This document shows, piece after piece, positions 28,453 to 38,014 of a DNA stretch of 64,000 nt; positions within the stretch are counted from its first letter, which is position 1; each line of letters starts with the position of its first letter. Below the pieces are notes generated by a model that did no database searches, was not told the DNA's origin, and was given only the letters and a program-made list of their open reading frames with translations. Source of the stretch: Myxococcota bacterium (GTDB taxonomy: Bacteria; Myxococcota_A; UBA796; SXON01); NCBI GenBank assembly GCA_040386535.1, contig JAZKFH010000013.1:96001-160000 (forward strand), given 5' to 3'. A program made the position numbers and the translations under genes.

Positions 28453-30438
28453 TCACATCAGGAAACGCCGCCGCACAGAAAGGAACATGGTCGTCAGCAG
28501 CGCGAGGATGGCCAGGGGTGCGGGTCCCGGGCCCGTGGCGCATCCGCAGCCGTCCGTGTCGGCCGCGACGATCTCCTCGTCACAGCCCTCGTCGTAGGTG
28601 CCGTCACAGTTGTTGTCCGCGTTGTCGTCACAGAGCTCGACGGCGCCCGGGTACACGGTGCTGCGGCTGTCGTCACAGTCGGTGCCGCCGGACACGAACG
28701 ACGGGTCGCCGTCACGATCCGCGTCGTAGTTGTCGGTGCCGTTGCAGTCCTGGTCGATGAAGTCGTCCGGCGTGTCGATGTTGCCGAAGAACACGCTCGG
28801 GTTGGCGTCGTTGCAGTCGCCCTGCTCGGGTGTCTGCCCGTCGGCGTCGGCGTCGACGCGCAGCTCGTCGTCGTCGGCGAGGCCGTCACAGTCGTCGTCC
28901 ACGCCGTCCGTCGGATCGGCGGCGTCCACGTGGGCGGCCGGATCGGTGTCGTCACAGTCGTCCACCGAGTCGAAGTGCCTGTCGCCGTCGAGGTCCTCGC
29001 CGGTCGCGTCATCGGGGAGGCCGTCACAGTCGTTGTCGACGCCGTCGTTCTGCGCGATGTCGATCGCCGCCGGGTACCGGTCGGCGCGAGTGTCGTCACA
29101 GTCGCCGCCGAGCTCGGTGAACCCGTCCCCGTCGTCATCCCCCGTGGCCGTGCCCTCGTCCGTCGCGCCGTCGCAATCGTTGTCGGCGGCGTCCATGATC
29201 TCGGGGGCGCCCGGCCAGGTCACGACGTTGTGTTCATCGCAGTCCGTGGAGGCGGGAAAACCGTCATGGTCGAGGTCGATGTCGACCGGCACGTCGGTGT
29301 CGACATCGGTGTCGACGACATCCGTGTCGCCCGTGTCGTCCTCGACGTCGGTGTCGCCGCCGGTGTCGACCGGGATGTCCTCGTCCACGATCCCGTCACA
29401 GTCGTTGTCCTTGTCGTCCTCCCGTTCGGTCGCGTAGACGTACGAGGCGGCGTCGTGATCGTCGCAGTCGAACACCACCGGGTAGCCGTCGGCGTCGCGA
29501 TCGCGCCACCCCGCCTCGCTGCCGCCGAACGCGCCGAGGTCGGCGACGCTGCCGTCGGGATCGGTGCCCGTGCCCGCGTTCCGCATCGGCGACGTGGCGG
29601 TGGGGCGCAGATCGATCTGCTCGAAGGGGAGGGTGGGGCTCCAGCTCGCGAAGCGCGGGTCCGCCACCGTGACCGCGGAGAGCGGCGTGCCGGTACAACC
29701 CGAGGCCGAGGCCGTCGTGTACGCGATCCCGTTCGGGACGGTGAGCGCAAAGCCGTTGAAGCAGCGCAGCACGAGCGGGTTGTCGAGGAACGCCGAGTTG
29801 CTGACCGTCGAGCCGAACAGCGCGCCGGTCGCGCTCGTCGAGGTGCCGACGGCGACGAGGTTGGTGGCGACGCTCGCCTCGGTCTCGAAAACGAACCCCC
29901 ACGCGCCGCCGATGGCGACGTTGTTGCGCACGGTCGAGGCCGACTTGAACGCGAACCCGTAGTTGGTCGGGTGGTAGCTCACCGAGCGCTGGACGATGGG
30001 GTCCCCGCCGGTGACGATGAAGGAGGTGAGGCCGGCGTTCCACACGCCGATCTCCTCGATGAGCGGGGTGCCGCCCTGCACCAGCAGGCCGTAGGTCGCT
30101 GGGCTCTTGATGTAGAGCTCGCGCAGGGTCGGCGATCCGCTCGCGATGACGATGGCGGTGGCCGGCGCGGGCGAGAGGGTGAAGCCCTCCAGGGCGCCTC
30201 GATCGAGCCGGACGCTCGTGGTGGCTGCCAGCGTGGTCACCGCCGGGCCGTCGGCGGAGATCACCGTCAGGTTGCGGCCGCGCAGGTCGAGATCTTCGGC
30301 GTAGGTGCCTGCCTGTACGCGGATGGTGTCGCCGTCGGTCGCGGCGGAGACGGCCGCGTTGATCGTGGCGTACGCGGCGGTCGGCCCGACCTCGAGGGTG
30401 GCGGCGCGCGCGCTGGAGAGCAGGAGGAGCAGGGTCAT
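28453..30438 (-). CDS. Surface protein: beta-helix domain, putative metal-binding (DCDD) repeats, MYXO-CTERM-like tail
   Basis: YATINAAVSAATDGDTIRVQAGTY pectin-lyase-like start; about six DxDGDG..DCDD..PGA.E..D..DNDCDG repeats; tail GCGCATG-hydrophobic-RRR. Confidence 0.85.
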   Translation of the reverse strand: MTLLLLLSSARAATLEVGPTAAYATINAAVSAATDGDTIRVQAGTYAEDLDLRGRNLTVISADGPAVTTLAATTSVRLDRGALEGFTLSPAPATAIVIASGSPTLRELYIKSPATYGLLVQGGTPLIEEIGVWNAGLTSFIVTGGDPIVQRSVSYHPTNYGFAFKSASTVRNNVAIGGAWGFVFETEASVATNLVAVGTSTSATGALFGSTVSNSAFLDNPLVLRCFNGFALTVPNGIAYTTASASGCTGTPLSAVTVADPRFASWSPTLPFEQIDLRPTATSPMRNAGTGTDPDGSVADLGAFGGSEAGWRDRDADGYPVVFDCDDHDAASYVYATEREDDKDNDCDGIVDEDIPVDTGGDTDVEDDTGDTDVVDTDVDTDVPVDIDLDHDGFPASTDCDEHNVVTWPGAPEIMDAADNDCDGATDEGTATGDDDGDGFTELGGDCDDTRADRYPAAIDIAQNDGVDNDCDGLPDDATGEDLDGDRHFDSVDDCDDTDPAAHVDAADPTDGVDDDCDGLADDDELRVDADADGQTPEQGDCNDANPSVFFGNIDTPDDFIDQDCNGTDNYDADRDGDPSFVSGGTDCDDSRSTVYPGAVELCDDNADNNCDGTYDEGCDEEIVAADTDGCGCATGPGPAPLAILALLTTMFLSVRRRFLM

Positions 30439-30516
30439 CGCCGCATCGTAGCAGTTGACGTCTTCTGCGCGGGGCGGTAACGGCTACCCCTCGCGGAGCG
30501 GGCCCTGTACGCGCGG

Positions 30517-31917
30517 ATGAACCTCGGCCGCCTCTGGCTGCCCGCCGTGGTGCTGGGCGCGCAGCTGGTGCTGCTCGCGTTGTTCGTGGTGGACTGGCGG
30601 CTCCCGGTCGTCGTGACCGCGTCGTTCCTCGTCGGGGCCGTTCTGCTCGACCGGCCTGTGTGGGCCGTGGGGGGCATGCTCGCCGCGCGGCTGCTCTCCA
30701 CGGGCACCACGTCGTTCTTCACGATCGGCAAGATCAGCATCGGCCTGTTCGAGCCGGTCCTGCTCGTCGCCCTCATCGCCCTCGGGCTGCGCGCGGTCTT
30801 CTCGGGCATGAAGCTCTGGCGGCCGTGGCCCTGGCAACCCGTGTTCCTCGCGATCATGGGCTGGAGCGTGGTCGGGCTGGCCTGGTGCACCAAGATGTCC
30901 GATGGCGCCAAGGAGATCGTGACGCTCGGCGTCATCCTGGCGACCGCGTCCGTCATCCTCGCGTTCCTCCGCACCTGGGACGACGTGAAGATGGCGGTCT
31001 GGGCGTGGATCGGCGCCTGTGTCGCCATCGGCGTGCTCGCCATCTTCGGCGACGCGTTCGGGCTCACCGACTACGGCAGCCAGTGGCAGGCCTCCTCCTC
31101 GGGCGGCCGCGAGACTGGCCTCGGCCAGCAGCCCAACTGGTTCGCGATGAACCTGATGTTCGTCGTGCACACCTGCGCCGCCTTCGCCCTCGTGCAGAAG
31201 CGCCCCGTGCTGCGTTGGGGCCTGCTCCTCGCCACCCTCTTCATCTTCTTCTCGATGATGACCAGCGGCTCGCGCGGCGGGGCCTATTCCATCGTGATCG
31301 GAGGAATGCTGGTCGCGCTGGGGCAGCCCCTGTTCCGCAAGTGGTTCCTACGCTTCGCGGTGGCGGGGACCCTCTTCTTCGGCCTCGCCGCCGCCGGCGA
31401 TCTCGGGGACATCGGAAAGGGGCTGAACCGCATCTCCAGCAACGTGGACGTCTTGTTCACCCGCGACATCCGCGGCCTGAATTGGGCCGCGTGTATCGGC
31501 ATGTTCCGGGACACCAACATGCTCGGGATCGGGCCCGGCGGGTACATCGACAACCTGCAGAAGTACAGCGACTGGTTGTACCACTCGGTGTACCGCTACC
31601 CGCACGGCATCATCTGGGGGCAGATCGCGCACGGCGGCATCGTCGGGGTGGGCCTCCTCGTGGCGCTGGTCGTCGTGATCGCGCGCATGGCCGCCCAGAC
31701 GATCCGCGACACGAAGGGGACCGAGGCCGAGGTGCTCGCCTGGGCGATGCCCGCGAGCATGGCCGGCTACTTCGCCTGGAGCTTCGTCGAGTTCAGCCTG
31801 GACGAGAAGCCCTTCTGGGAGTGGCTCGCCGTCTACACCGCGCTCCACCTCGTGGCGAAGCGGGCCCGCGAGCCCGGCGCCACGCCCATCCCCGCCTGGA
31901 CACTCACCCTCAAATGA
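30517..31917 (+). CDS. O-antigen ligase/polymerase (Wzy_C) family membrane protein
   Basis: Multiple TM helices; R..G...QPNWFA, SGSRGG, GIGPG, YPHG...GIVG. Confidence 0.85.
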   Translation: MNLGRLWLPAVVLGAQLVLLALFVVDWRLPVVVTASFLVGAVLLDRPVWAVGGMLAARLLSTGTTSFFTIGKISIGLFEPVLLVALIALGLRAVFSGMKLWRPWPWQPVFLAIMGWSVVGLAWCTKMSDGAKEIVTLGVILATASVILAFLRTWDDVKMAVWAWIGACVAIGVLAIFGDAFGLTDYGSQWQASSSGGRETGLGQQPNWFAMNLMFVVHTCAAFALVQKRPVLRWGLLLATLFIFFSMMTSGSRGGAYSIVIGGMLVALGQPLFRKWFLRFAVAGTLFFGLAAAGDLGDIGKGLNRISSNVDVLFTRDIRGLNWAACIGMFRDTNMLGIGPGGYIDNLQKYSDWLYHSVYRYPHGIIWGQIAHGGIVGVGLLVALVVVIARMAAQTIRDTKGTEAEVLAWAMPASMAGYFAWSFVEFSLDEKPFWEWLAVYTALHLVAKRAREPGATPIPAWTLTLK

Positions 31918-32723
31918 CCGACGCCTTCCTCCCGGTGGACGCCGTCCTCTGGTCCGTCGCGGCTGGCCTGCTCGCGCTGGCCCTCTGGTTGAACCGCGGC
32001 GCCGGCGCCGGATGGGATCCCGCCTCGTTCTTCGGCGCCGTGCTCGCCGCGTTGTTCGGGCCCGGGAACCTGCCGCTCACCGGGGGCCCCGTGCCCGCGG
32101 AGGGCTTCGAGGGCACCCCCGACGAGCTCGCGGCCGTCGACGATCCGCATGCGCGCCTCGGCCCGGACTGTGGGTGGACCGAGATCGCCGCGTGGACTGA
32201 GCCCGTGCGCGCCACGATCGCGCGTCGGCTCGCGGGCGTGAAGGTCATCTGGTTCGAGCCGCCGGTGGTGCACCTCGAGGGGATGGAGCTCGTGATCCTC
32301 GACACCGCGGGGCTCGACAGGATCGACGTGGCGGCGCTGGAGCCCCTCCTGGCCCGCCCCGACCTGCGGCTGGTCGTCGCGGCCCACACCCGCGCCGACG
32401 CCGTGCTGCGCCTCCTCCACGACGCCCCCGGCCTCCGCGATCGGCTGCGCGCCGTGCTCCTCGTGGCGCCGCCCCTCGACGCGGAGTGGTTGGCCGCCCA
32501 CTTCACCCACCCCGCGTTCGACGTGGAGGTGGCGCGGGAGGTGCCCTACTTCACGCTGCGCGCGGGAGAGGACGCCGATGCCCAGCGCCTCCCCGACCCG
32601 CCGACGCCGCCGACCGGCCGCCGCTCCGTCGCGCCGATCGATCTCGGCGTGCTCCCCGCGGAGCTCCTGCCCGATCCGCGCGTGGGGCGCGCCCTCTCCG
32701 CCCTGTGCGCCGCGCTGGGGTAG
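31914..32723 (+). CDS. Hypothetical protein
   Basis: ATGA overlap with the upstream stop; N-terminal hydrophobic segments. Confidence 0.6.
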   Translation: MTDAFLPVDAVLWSVAAGLLALALWLNRGAGAGWDPASFFGAVLAALFGPGNLPLTGGPVPAEGFEGTPDELAAVDDPHARLGPDCGWTEIAAWTEPVRATIARRLAGVKVIWFEPPVVHLEGMELVILDTAGLDRIDVAALEPLLARPDLRLVVAAHTRADAVLRLLHDAPGLRDRLRAVLLVAPPLDAEWLAAHFTHPAFDVEVAREVPYFTLRAGEDADAQRLPDPPTPPTGRRSVAPIDLGVLPAELLPDPRVGRALSALCAALG

Positions 32724-32754
32724 TGCTACCATCCGGTCCGATTTGGTGACCGAC

Positions 32755-33498
32755 ATGCGTAGCAGCGTCCTCTTCGTCTCCCTCCTCGCCCTCGCCGCCT
32801 GCACCGGGGGCTCCGACGACACCGGCGACAAGGATCGTCCGGGCAAGGAGACCGAGGAGAAGGAGGTCACCCTCACGATCGCCGCTCCGGCGGACGGCCG
32901 CGAGTTCGATGCCGACGAGGCCGTGCCGCTCCAGGTGACCGCCAAGCGGGGCTCCCGGGCGACCGACATCACCAGCGCCAGCTGGACGATCGGCGGCTGG
33001 ACCGGCCAGGGCGTCAGCACCGAGGCGACCGGCCTCCCGTCCGGCGCGCACACGGTCTCGGTCGACGCGGTGGTCGGCGGCGAGACCTACACGGCGACCG
33101 TCGACATCACGGTCCTGGAGCCCGCCATCACGTTCTGGACCTACTCCGGCGTGCTCGAGGCGGACGTGACGCTCGAGAGCGATTTCGGCGACTTCGACGA
33201 TCACTGCACCGCCCCGATCACCTTCACCATCGACCAGGGCACCGTCTCCGGCGGCGGCCAGTGCATGGTGTTCTCCGACTTCGTGGACGATCCCCTCGTG
33301 TTCACGATGGAGGGCACCGTGCGCGGCGGCACCATCTCGGGCGCGCTCGTGATCTCGAGCGACGACGGGGATGCGCGCACCCCGTTCGAGGGGACCGGCA
33401 CGGCCGGCAACCCGCTCACCGCCTCGTTCGACGAGACGCATCGCTCCTCCGACGGCAGCCTCCGCATCGCGGGGAGCTGGACGGCGACGGCGCAGTAG
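32755..33498 (+). CDS. Lipoprotein of unknown function (beta-rich)
   Basis: MRSSVLFVSLLALAAC lipobox; Thr-rich beta-strands. Confidence 0.7.
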   Translation: MRSSVLFVSLLALAACTGGSDDTGDKDRPGKETEEKEVTLTIAAPADGREFDADEAVPLQVTAKRGSRATDITSASWTIGGWTGQGVSTEATGLPSGAHTVSVDAVVGGETYTATVDITVLEPAITFWTYSGVLEADVTLESDFGDFDDHCTAPITFTIDQGTVSGGGQCMVFSDFVDDPLVFTMEGTVRGGTISGALVISSDDGDARTPFEGTGTAGNPLTASFDETHRSSDGSLRIAGSWTATAQ

Positions 33499-33549
33499 GG
33501 TCACCGCAGGCTCGGAGTGGCCCCGCGTCGGGTCGGTTAGGGGGGCGCC

Positions 33550-34329
33550 ATGCACCCTTTCCAACGCACCGAGCTGTTGCTCGGCACCCCCGCCTGGAAC
33601 CGCCTCGGCGGCGCCCGCATGATGGTCGTCGGCCTGGGGGGCGTCGGGAGCTACGCCGCCGAAGCGCTCGTGCGCGCGGGCGTCGGGCACCTCACCCTGG
33701 TCGATTTCGACAAGGTGTGCCTGACGAACCTGAACCGTCAGCTCCACGCGACCCGCCGCACGGTCGGCGCCGCCAAGGTGGGGATCATGGCGGAGCGCTG
33801 CCGCACCATCAATCCCAAGGCCACCATCGTTGCGGAGCAGGTGTTCTACGAGGCGAGCACGTCGGAGCGGCTCCTGGCGCCCGGCTACGACTACGTGCTC
33901 GACGCGATCGACAACATCACGGCCAAGCTGCACCTGCTCGAGAGCTGCGTCGCGCGGAGCCAGCCGGTGATTGCGTGCATGGGCGCCGGCGGCCGCACCG
34001 ACCCGACGCGCATCCGCGTGACGGATCTGGCGAAGACGAACAAGGACCCGATGGCCAAGGTCATCCGCAAGGAGCTGCGCGCGCGCGGCATCACCACGGG
34101 GATCGAGGCGGTGTGGACCGACGAGGAGCCCAACGTCCTCGACGCGGAGGTGGCCGACGCCTTCCACTGCATCTGCCCCGACGAGAACGACCACCACAGC
34201 TGCGACAAGCGCAACGTGGTGCAGGGCACGGTGTCGTGGGTGCCGTCGATGTTCGGGCTCATGATGGCGGGCACCGCCGTGAACCGCCTGCTCGGCCGCC
34301 CGGTGCAGTCCGCCGACCGCGGCGAGTAG
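33550..34329 (+). CDS. tcdA: tRNA threonylcarbamoyladenosine dehydratase (ThiF family)
   Basis: FQRTELLLG, GLGGVGSYAAEAL, DFDKVCLTNLNRQ, DAID, MGAGGRTDPT, DPMAKVIRKELR. Confidence 0.88.
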   Translation: MHPFQRTELLLGTPAWNRLGGARMMVVGLGGVGSYAAEALVRAGVGHLTLVDFDKVCLTNLNRQLHATRRTVGAAKVGIMAERCRTINPKATIVAEQVFYEASTSERLLAPGYDYVLDAIDNITAKLHLLESCVARSQPVIACMGAGGRTDPTRIRVTDLAKTNKDPMAKVIRKELRARGITTGIEAVWTDEEPNVLDAEVADAFHCICPDENDHHSCDKRNVVQGTVSWVPSMFGLMMAGTAVNRLLGRPVQSADRGE

Positions 34330-34851
34330 GTGCCGGTCTGGGTCGATCTCGGCGCGGCGTGGCTGCGCATCGGCCTGTTCGGCTTCGGAGGCGGCCCCTC
34401 CGTCATCCCGCTCGTCCGGCACGAGTGTGTGGAGCGCTACCAGTGGATGACCGACGCCGAGCTGCTCGACGCGCTCGCCTTCGGCAACGCGCTCCCCGGG
34501 CCCATCGCCGTGAAGCTCGCCGCGCATGTGGGCATGCAGGCGGGCGGCTGGGTCGGCTGTGTCGTGGCGCTGATCGCGCTCAACGTGCCGAGCATCGCGA
34601 TGATGCTCGGGCTCGCCGCGATCTACACCCGCTACAAGGACGCGCCGGGGGTGGCGGGCGCGATGGCGGGCGTACGCCCGGCGGTCGTCGGGTTGCTCGC
34701 ATACACGGCATGGAGCCTCGCGCCGGACGGGGTGCGCAATCTGCCCGCGGGCCTGCTCGCGGTCGCGGCGTTCGTGGCGCTGGTGTTGAAGGTGCACCCG
34801 GCGATCGTGATCGCGGGGGCGCTCGGCGTCGGCGCGATTTTCTTGCGCTAG
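34330..34851 (+). CDS. Short-chain chromate transporter (CHR family)
   Basis: IGLFGFGGG, ALPGPIA, GVRPAVVGL. Confidence 0.85.
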   Translation: MPVWVDLGAAWLRIGLFGFGGGPSVIPLVRHECVERYQWMTDAELLDALAFGNALPGPIAVKLAAHVGMQAGGWVGCVVALIALNVPSIAMMLGLAAIYTRYKDAPGVAGAMAGVRPAVVGLLAYTAWSLAPDGVRNLPAGLLAVAAFVALVLKVHPAIVIAGALGVGAIFLR

Positions 34852-34858
34852 TGGCTCC

Positions 34859-34890
34859 GGGGCGTTGCGGGGGGGACCCCCGCCCCAAGA
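34859..34890. repeat. Dispersed REP-like GC palindrome, copy 1
   Basis: GGGGCGTTGCGGGGGGGACCCCCGCCCCAAGA, near-identical to 47147-47181. Confidence 0.55.
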
Positions 34891-34906
34891 AACAAAGGAT
34901 GAACCG

Positions 34907-35686
34907 TCACGACCCCGTGGACGCGTACTTCGTGAGCCCGAACCGGAACGACCCGTACCCCACCGCGAGCGCCGTGAGCCCGACGAGCGGCTGGACGAGC
35001 GCGTAGGCGTGCCACTCCGGACGGTCCATGAGGAAGGACGCGGGGTAGAAGCCGGCGAAGCCGAGGGGGAGGCCCCACGTGAGGAGGAGGCGGAGCGGCG
35101 CGGCGAACAGATCGATCGGGTAGCGGGTGAAGGTCGAGAGCTGGAAGACGAGGCCGACCGCGGTGCCGCGATGGTGCAGGTGGAAGCCGGCGGACGACAC
35201 CGTGGTGAGGATGCCGCCGAGGACGCAGGCGCCGCCGAGCAGGAGGACGGGGAGCATCGCCCAATGCCACAAAGGCACCGCGCCCAGGCCGGGCGCCGCC
35301 ACGATCATCACGGCGCCGCCGAGCAGGGCGATGGGGAGGTCCTCCCAGGAGACGTTGTCGAGCAGCACCTGGAGGTAGGGATCGACCGGACGCAGGAGAA
35401 CACGATCCAGATCTCCGCCGACGATGTAGCGCTGGTTGAGCACCCAGAGGCCCTGGAACAGCACGAAAAACAACCCGACGACACACTCCGCGAACCCCCA
35501 GCAGAACAGCACCTCGGAGGGCGTGTACGCGCCGAGGCCCTGGACGTGGCGGAACAGGGTGTTCAGGAACACGAGGCCGACGCCGGCGAGGAGCACGTCA
35601 CCGAGCGCGTTCACCGCGAAGTCGAAGCGGTAGGCGAGGCGCACCTTGAGCCGTTGCGCGACGAACATCCGCACGATGCGCGTCAT
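34907..35686 (-). CDS. ABC-2 family permease (DUF990-like)
   Basis: Start ATG 35686; AYRFDF, GDLDRVLLRPVDP, YPIDLF, YASTGS. Confidence 0.88.
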   Translation of the reverse strand: MTRIVRMFVAQRLKVRLAYRFDFAVNALGDVLLAGVGLVFLNTLFRHVQGLGAYTPSEVLFCWGFAECVVGLFFVLFQGLWVLNQRYIVGGDLDRVLLRPVDPYLQVLLDNVSWEDLPIALLGGAVMIVAAPGLGAVPLWHWAMLPVLLLGGACVLGGILTTVSSAGFHLHHRGTAVGLVFQLSTFTRYPIDLFAAPLRLLLTWGLPLGFAGFYPASFLMDRPEWHAYALVQPLVGLTALAVGYGSFRFGLTKYASTGS

Positions 35687-36468
35687 CCGCCCTGCACCGT
35701 GAGCGTGCGCGCAGCCGCCCGCCACGCGAGCACCCCGAGGATCGCGAGCCCGACGGCCCACGCGGCCTGGCCGGCGAGCAGCCCGACCACCGAGGTGTCG
35801 CGCTCGAGGAAGATTGTCGCGGGGGTGTGGGCCATGGCGCGGAAGGGGAGGGCGTAGACGATGGGGCGGAGCACCGGCCCGAACAGCTCCAGCGGGATGA
35901 GCGCCCCCGAGAACACCGACACCAGCGTGCTCTTGAGGTGGGTGAGCCCGGAGATGTTCTGCATGGGCAGGGCGGCGACCCCCACCAGGAACGACAGGCC
36001 GTAGTTGGTCGCGTGGCCGAGGATCAGGGAGAGGAGGGTGAGGACCCAGGTGGAGGCGCGCGTCGGGAGCGGCACGTCGAACACGACGAGACACGCGACG
36101 AGGAGCGGCAGGCTCTGGACCAGGAGCGTCGCGAGCGCGCGGCCGAGATCGCGTGCGTACCAGAAGCGCTGGAGGCTCATCGGGCGTAGCAGATCGGCGC
36201 CGATCTGCCCGTCGCGGAAGCGGCGGCCGATGTCCTCGTTGACACGCGTGGCGACGAACGAGACGGCCACCCAGGCCACGAGCACGTACGCACGCAGATC
36301 CGCTGCGGGGACGCCGGCGATGGCGTCCTTGCCGCGGGTCGCGACGGTCCACAACGAGCCGTTCAGCGCCGCCACGATGCTGATGGAGACGAGCTGGATC
36401 GCCACCTCCGCGCGGTAGGCGAACACGTGGGTGAAGCCGATGCGCCACGCGGCGAAGAACGCCCTCAC
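35683..36468 (-). CDS. ABC-2 family permease (DUF990-like)
   Basis: AYRAE, DGQIGADLLRP, FSGALIPL, LTVQGG. Confidence 0.88.
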   Translation of the reverse strand: MRAFFAAWRIGFTHVFAYRAEVAIQLVSISIVAALNGSLWTVATRGKDAIAGVPAADLRAYVLVAWVAVSFVATRVNEDIGRRFRDGQIGADLLRPMSLQRFWYARDLGRALATLLVQSLPLLVACLVVFDVPLPTRASTWVLTLLSLILGHATNYGLSFLVGVAALPMQNISGLTHLKSTLVSVFSGALIPLELFGPVLRPIVYALPFRAMAHTPATIFLERDTSVVGLLAGQAAWAVGLAILGVLAWRAAARTLTVQGG

Positions 36469-37445
36469 CGCGCCTCGTAGAAGCCGGCGACGAGCTCTTC
36501 GAGCGAAGGATCGACGAGACGCAGGTCGAGCACGTCGGCGCGGTCGAGCACGCCGCGTATGAGCTCGGGCGCGGAGGCGCCGGCGGCGAGCGGGAGGTGG
36601 AACGTGTCGGGGCCGGCGCGCGTGGCGAGCAGGCCGGAGAACAAGGCGGCGGCGTCGTCGTCCGAGGCGGGGTCGCGGAGCTGCACGTGCAGGGCGCGGC
36701 GGCCGCCGAGCCGTGCGGTGAGGGCGTCGACCGGGCCGTCGTGGAGCAGTTTTCCGTCAGCGAGCAGGAGCACACGCGGGCAGAGGGCGACCACGTCGGC
36801 GAGGTCGTGCGTCGTGAGCAGCAGGGTGGTGCGGCCGGTGTCGCGGAGCTCGGTGAGGAAGGCGCGGAGGCGGAGCTTCACGGCCACGTCGAGGCCGATG
36901 GTGGGCTCGTCGAGCAACAGGTACCGCGGGTCGTGGAGGAGGGCGGCGGCGAGCTCGCAGCGCATGCGTTCGCCGAGCGAGAGCTGGCGCACGGGCGTGC
37001 GGAGGAGGGGACCGATGCCGAGCACGGTGTCGAAGTGGGCGAGGCGCGCGCGGTAGGTGCCGTCCGGCACGCCGAACATCGCCGCGAGCAGGTCGAAGGC
37101 CTCGATGACGGCGAGGTCCCACCACAGCTGCGTGCGCTGGCCGAACACGACGCCGAGCTGGCGTACGTGGCGGGTGCGGTCGGCCCACGGGTCGAGCCCG
37201 GCGGCGCGGATCGTGCCCGCGGTCGGCTTGAGGATGCCCGTGAGCATCTTGACCGTGGTGCTCTTGCCGGCGCCGTTCGGGCCGATGAGCGCGACGGTCT
37301 CGCCGGCGTCGATGCGGAAGTCGACCCCGCCGACGGCGGTGCGCACCTGGTGGTCCGTGCGGAACAGATCGCGCAACGACCCCGTGAGGCCGCGGCTGCG
37401 ATCGAACACGCGGAAGGTGCGGGTGAGGCCCTGGGCGACGAGCAC
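36465..37445 (-). CDS. ABC transporter ATP-binding protein
   Basis: GPNGAGKST, VFGQRTQLWWDL, LSLGERMR, LDEPTIGLD; start trimmed so it does not run into rnpB. Confidence 0.92.
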   Translation of the reverse strand: MLVAQGLTRTFRVFDRSRGLTGSLRDLFRTDHQVRTAVGGVDFRIDAGETVALIGPNGAGKSTTVKMLTGILKPTAGTIRAAGLDPWADRTRHVRQLGVVFGQRTQLWWDLAVIEAFDLLAAMFGVPDGTYRARLAHFDTVLGIGPLLRTPVRQLSLGERMRCELAAALLHDPRYLLLDEPTIGLDVAVKLRLRAFLTELRDTGRTTLLLTTHDLADVVALCPRVLLLADGKLLHDGPVDALTARLGGRRALHVQLRDPASDDDAAALFSGLLATRAGPDTFHLPLAAGASAPELIRGVLDRADVLDLRLVDPSLEELVAGFYEAR

Positions 37446-37477
37446 GGGGGTGCCTAACCGGCGCGAAAGGTGGGGGG

Positions 37478-37945
37478 CGAAGGGGCCCGTAAGCGGAGTT
37501 CTGTTCCCCGGCAGAGTCGCCCCTGCCGGGGTGGAGACCATTCCTCTACGTCGGCCGTTACCGGACGACTTCAGCAACCAACCCGGGCCTCAAACGGACG
37601 AGCAGTCCTGGCCCTCTTTGGTCTTGCTCCGGAGGGGGTTTGCCTGGCCGATCCCGTTACCGGGACCGCCGGTGCGCTCTTACCGCACCCTTTCAATCTC
37701 ACCGGGACCTTTCGACCCCCCTTCCTCGCCGGCCCGCGACCGCGGGGGATGGGACCGGCAAGTGCGGCGGCGTGACGTCGGTTTTCACCTGTTCACGTCC
37801 GGGCGTTCTTCTCTCTGTTGCGCTTTCCTCCAGCTTGCGCTGACCGGGCGTTACCCGGCCCCCTGCTCTTTGGAGCTCCGACTTTCCTCCCGTGATCGAC
37901 CGCCCTTTCGGGCGACGGCCACCGGCGGCCCCCTGGGCCCCTTCG
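37478..37945 (-). ncRNA. rnpB: RNase P RNA (type A)
   Basis: Minus strand: P1 CGAAGGGGCCC / GGGCCCCUUCG; GAGGAAAGUCGGAGCUC; GGAAAGCGCAACAGA; GAAAGGGUGCGGUAAGAGCGCACC; GGCAAACCCC..GGAGCAAG; ACAGAACUCCGCUUA. Confidence 0.95.
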
Positions 37946-37980
37946 ACCCGCACGCGGTCTAATCCCCGGAGGCGCGGTCG

Positions 37981-38014
37981 GCCATCGGATCAGCCGGGCC
38001 ATCGGATCAGCCGG
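37981..38014. repeat. 17-bp perfect tandem duplication
   Basis: GCCATCGGATCAGCCGG twice; includes the stop codon of the zinc-ribbon gene. Confidence 0.8.

Noticed and set aside
28560..29500. Repeated DNA motifs (GTCACAGTCGT...) as a non-coding repeat array
   Set aside because: They are codons of the DCD/DCDD protein repeats; the same holds for the OmpA TSP3-like repeats.
37446..37962. ORFs overlapping rnpB, including the N-terminal extension of the ABC ATPase
   Set aside because: The region is fully explained by the RNase P RNA structure.
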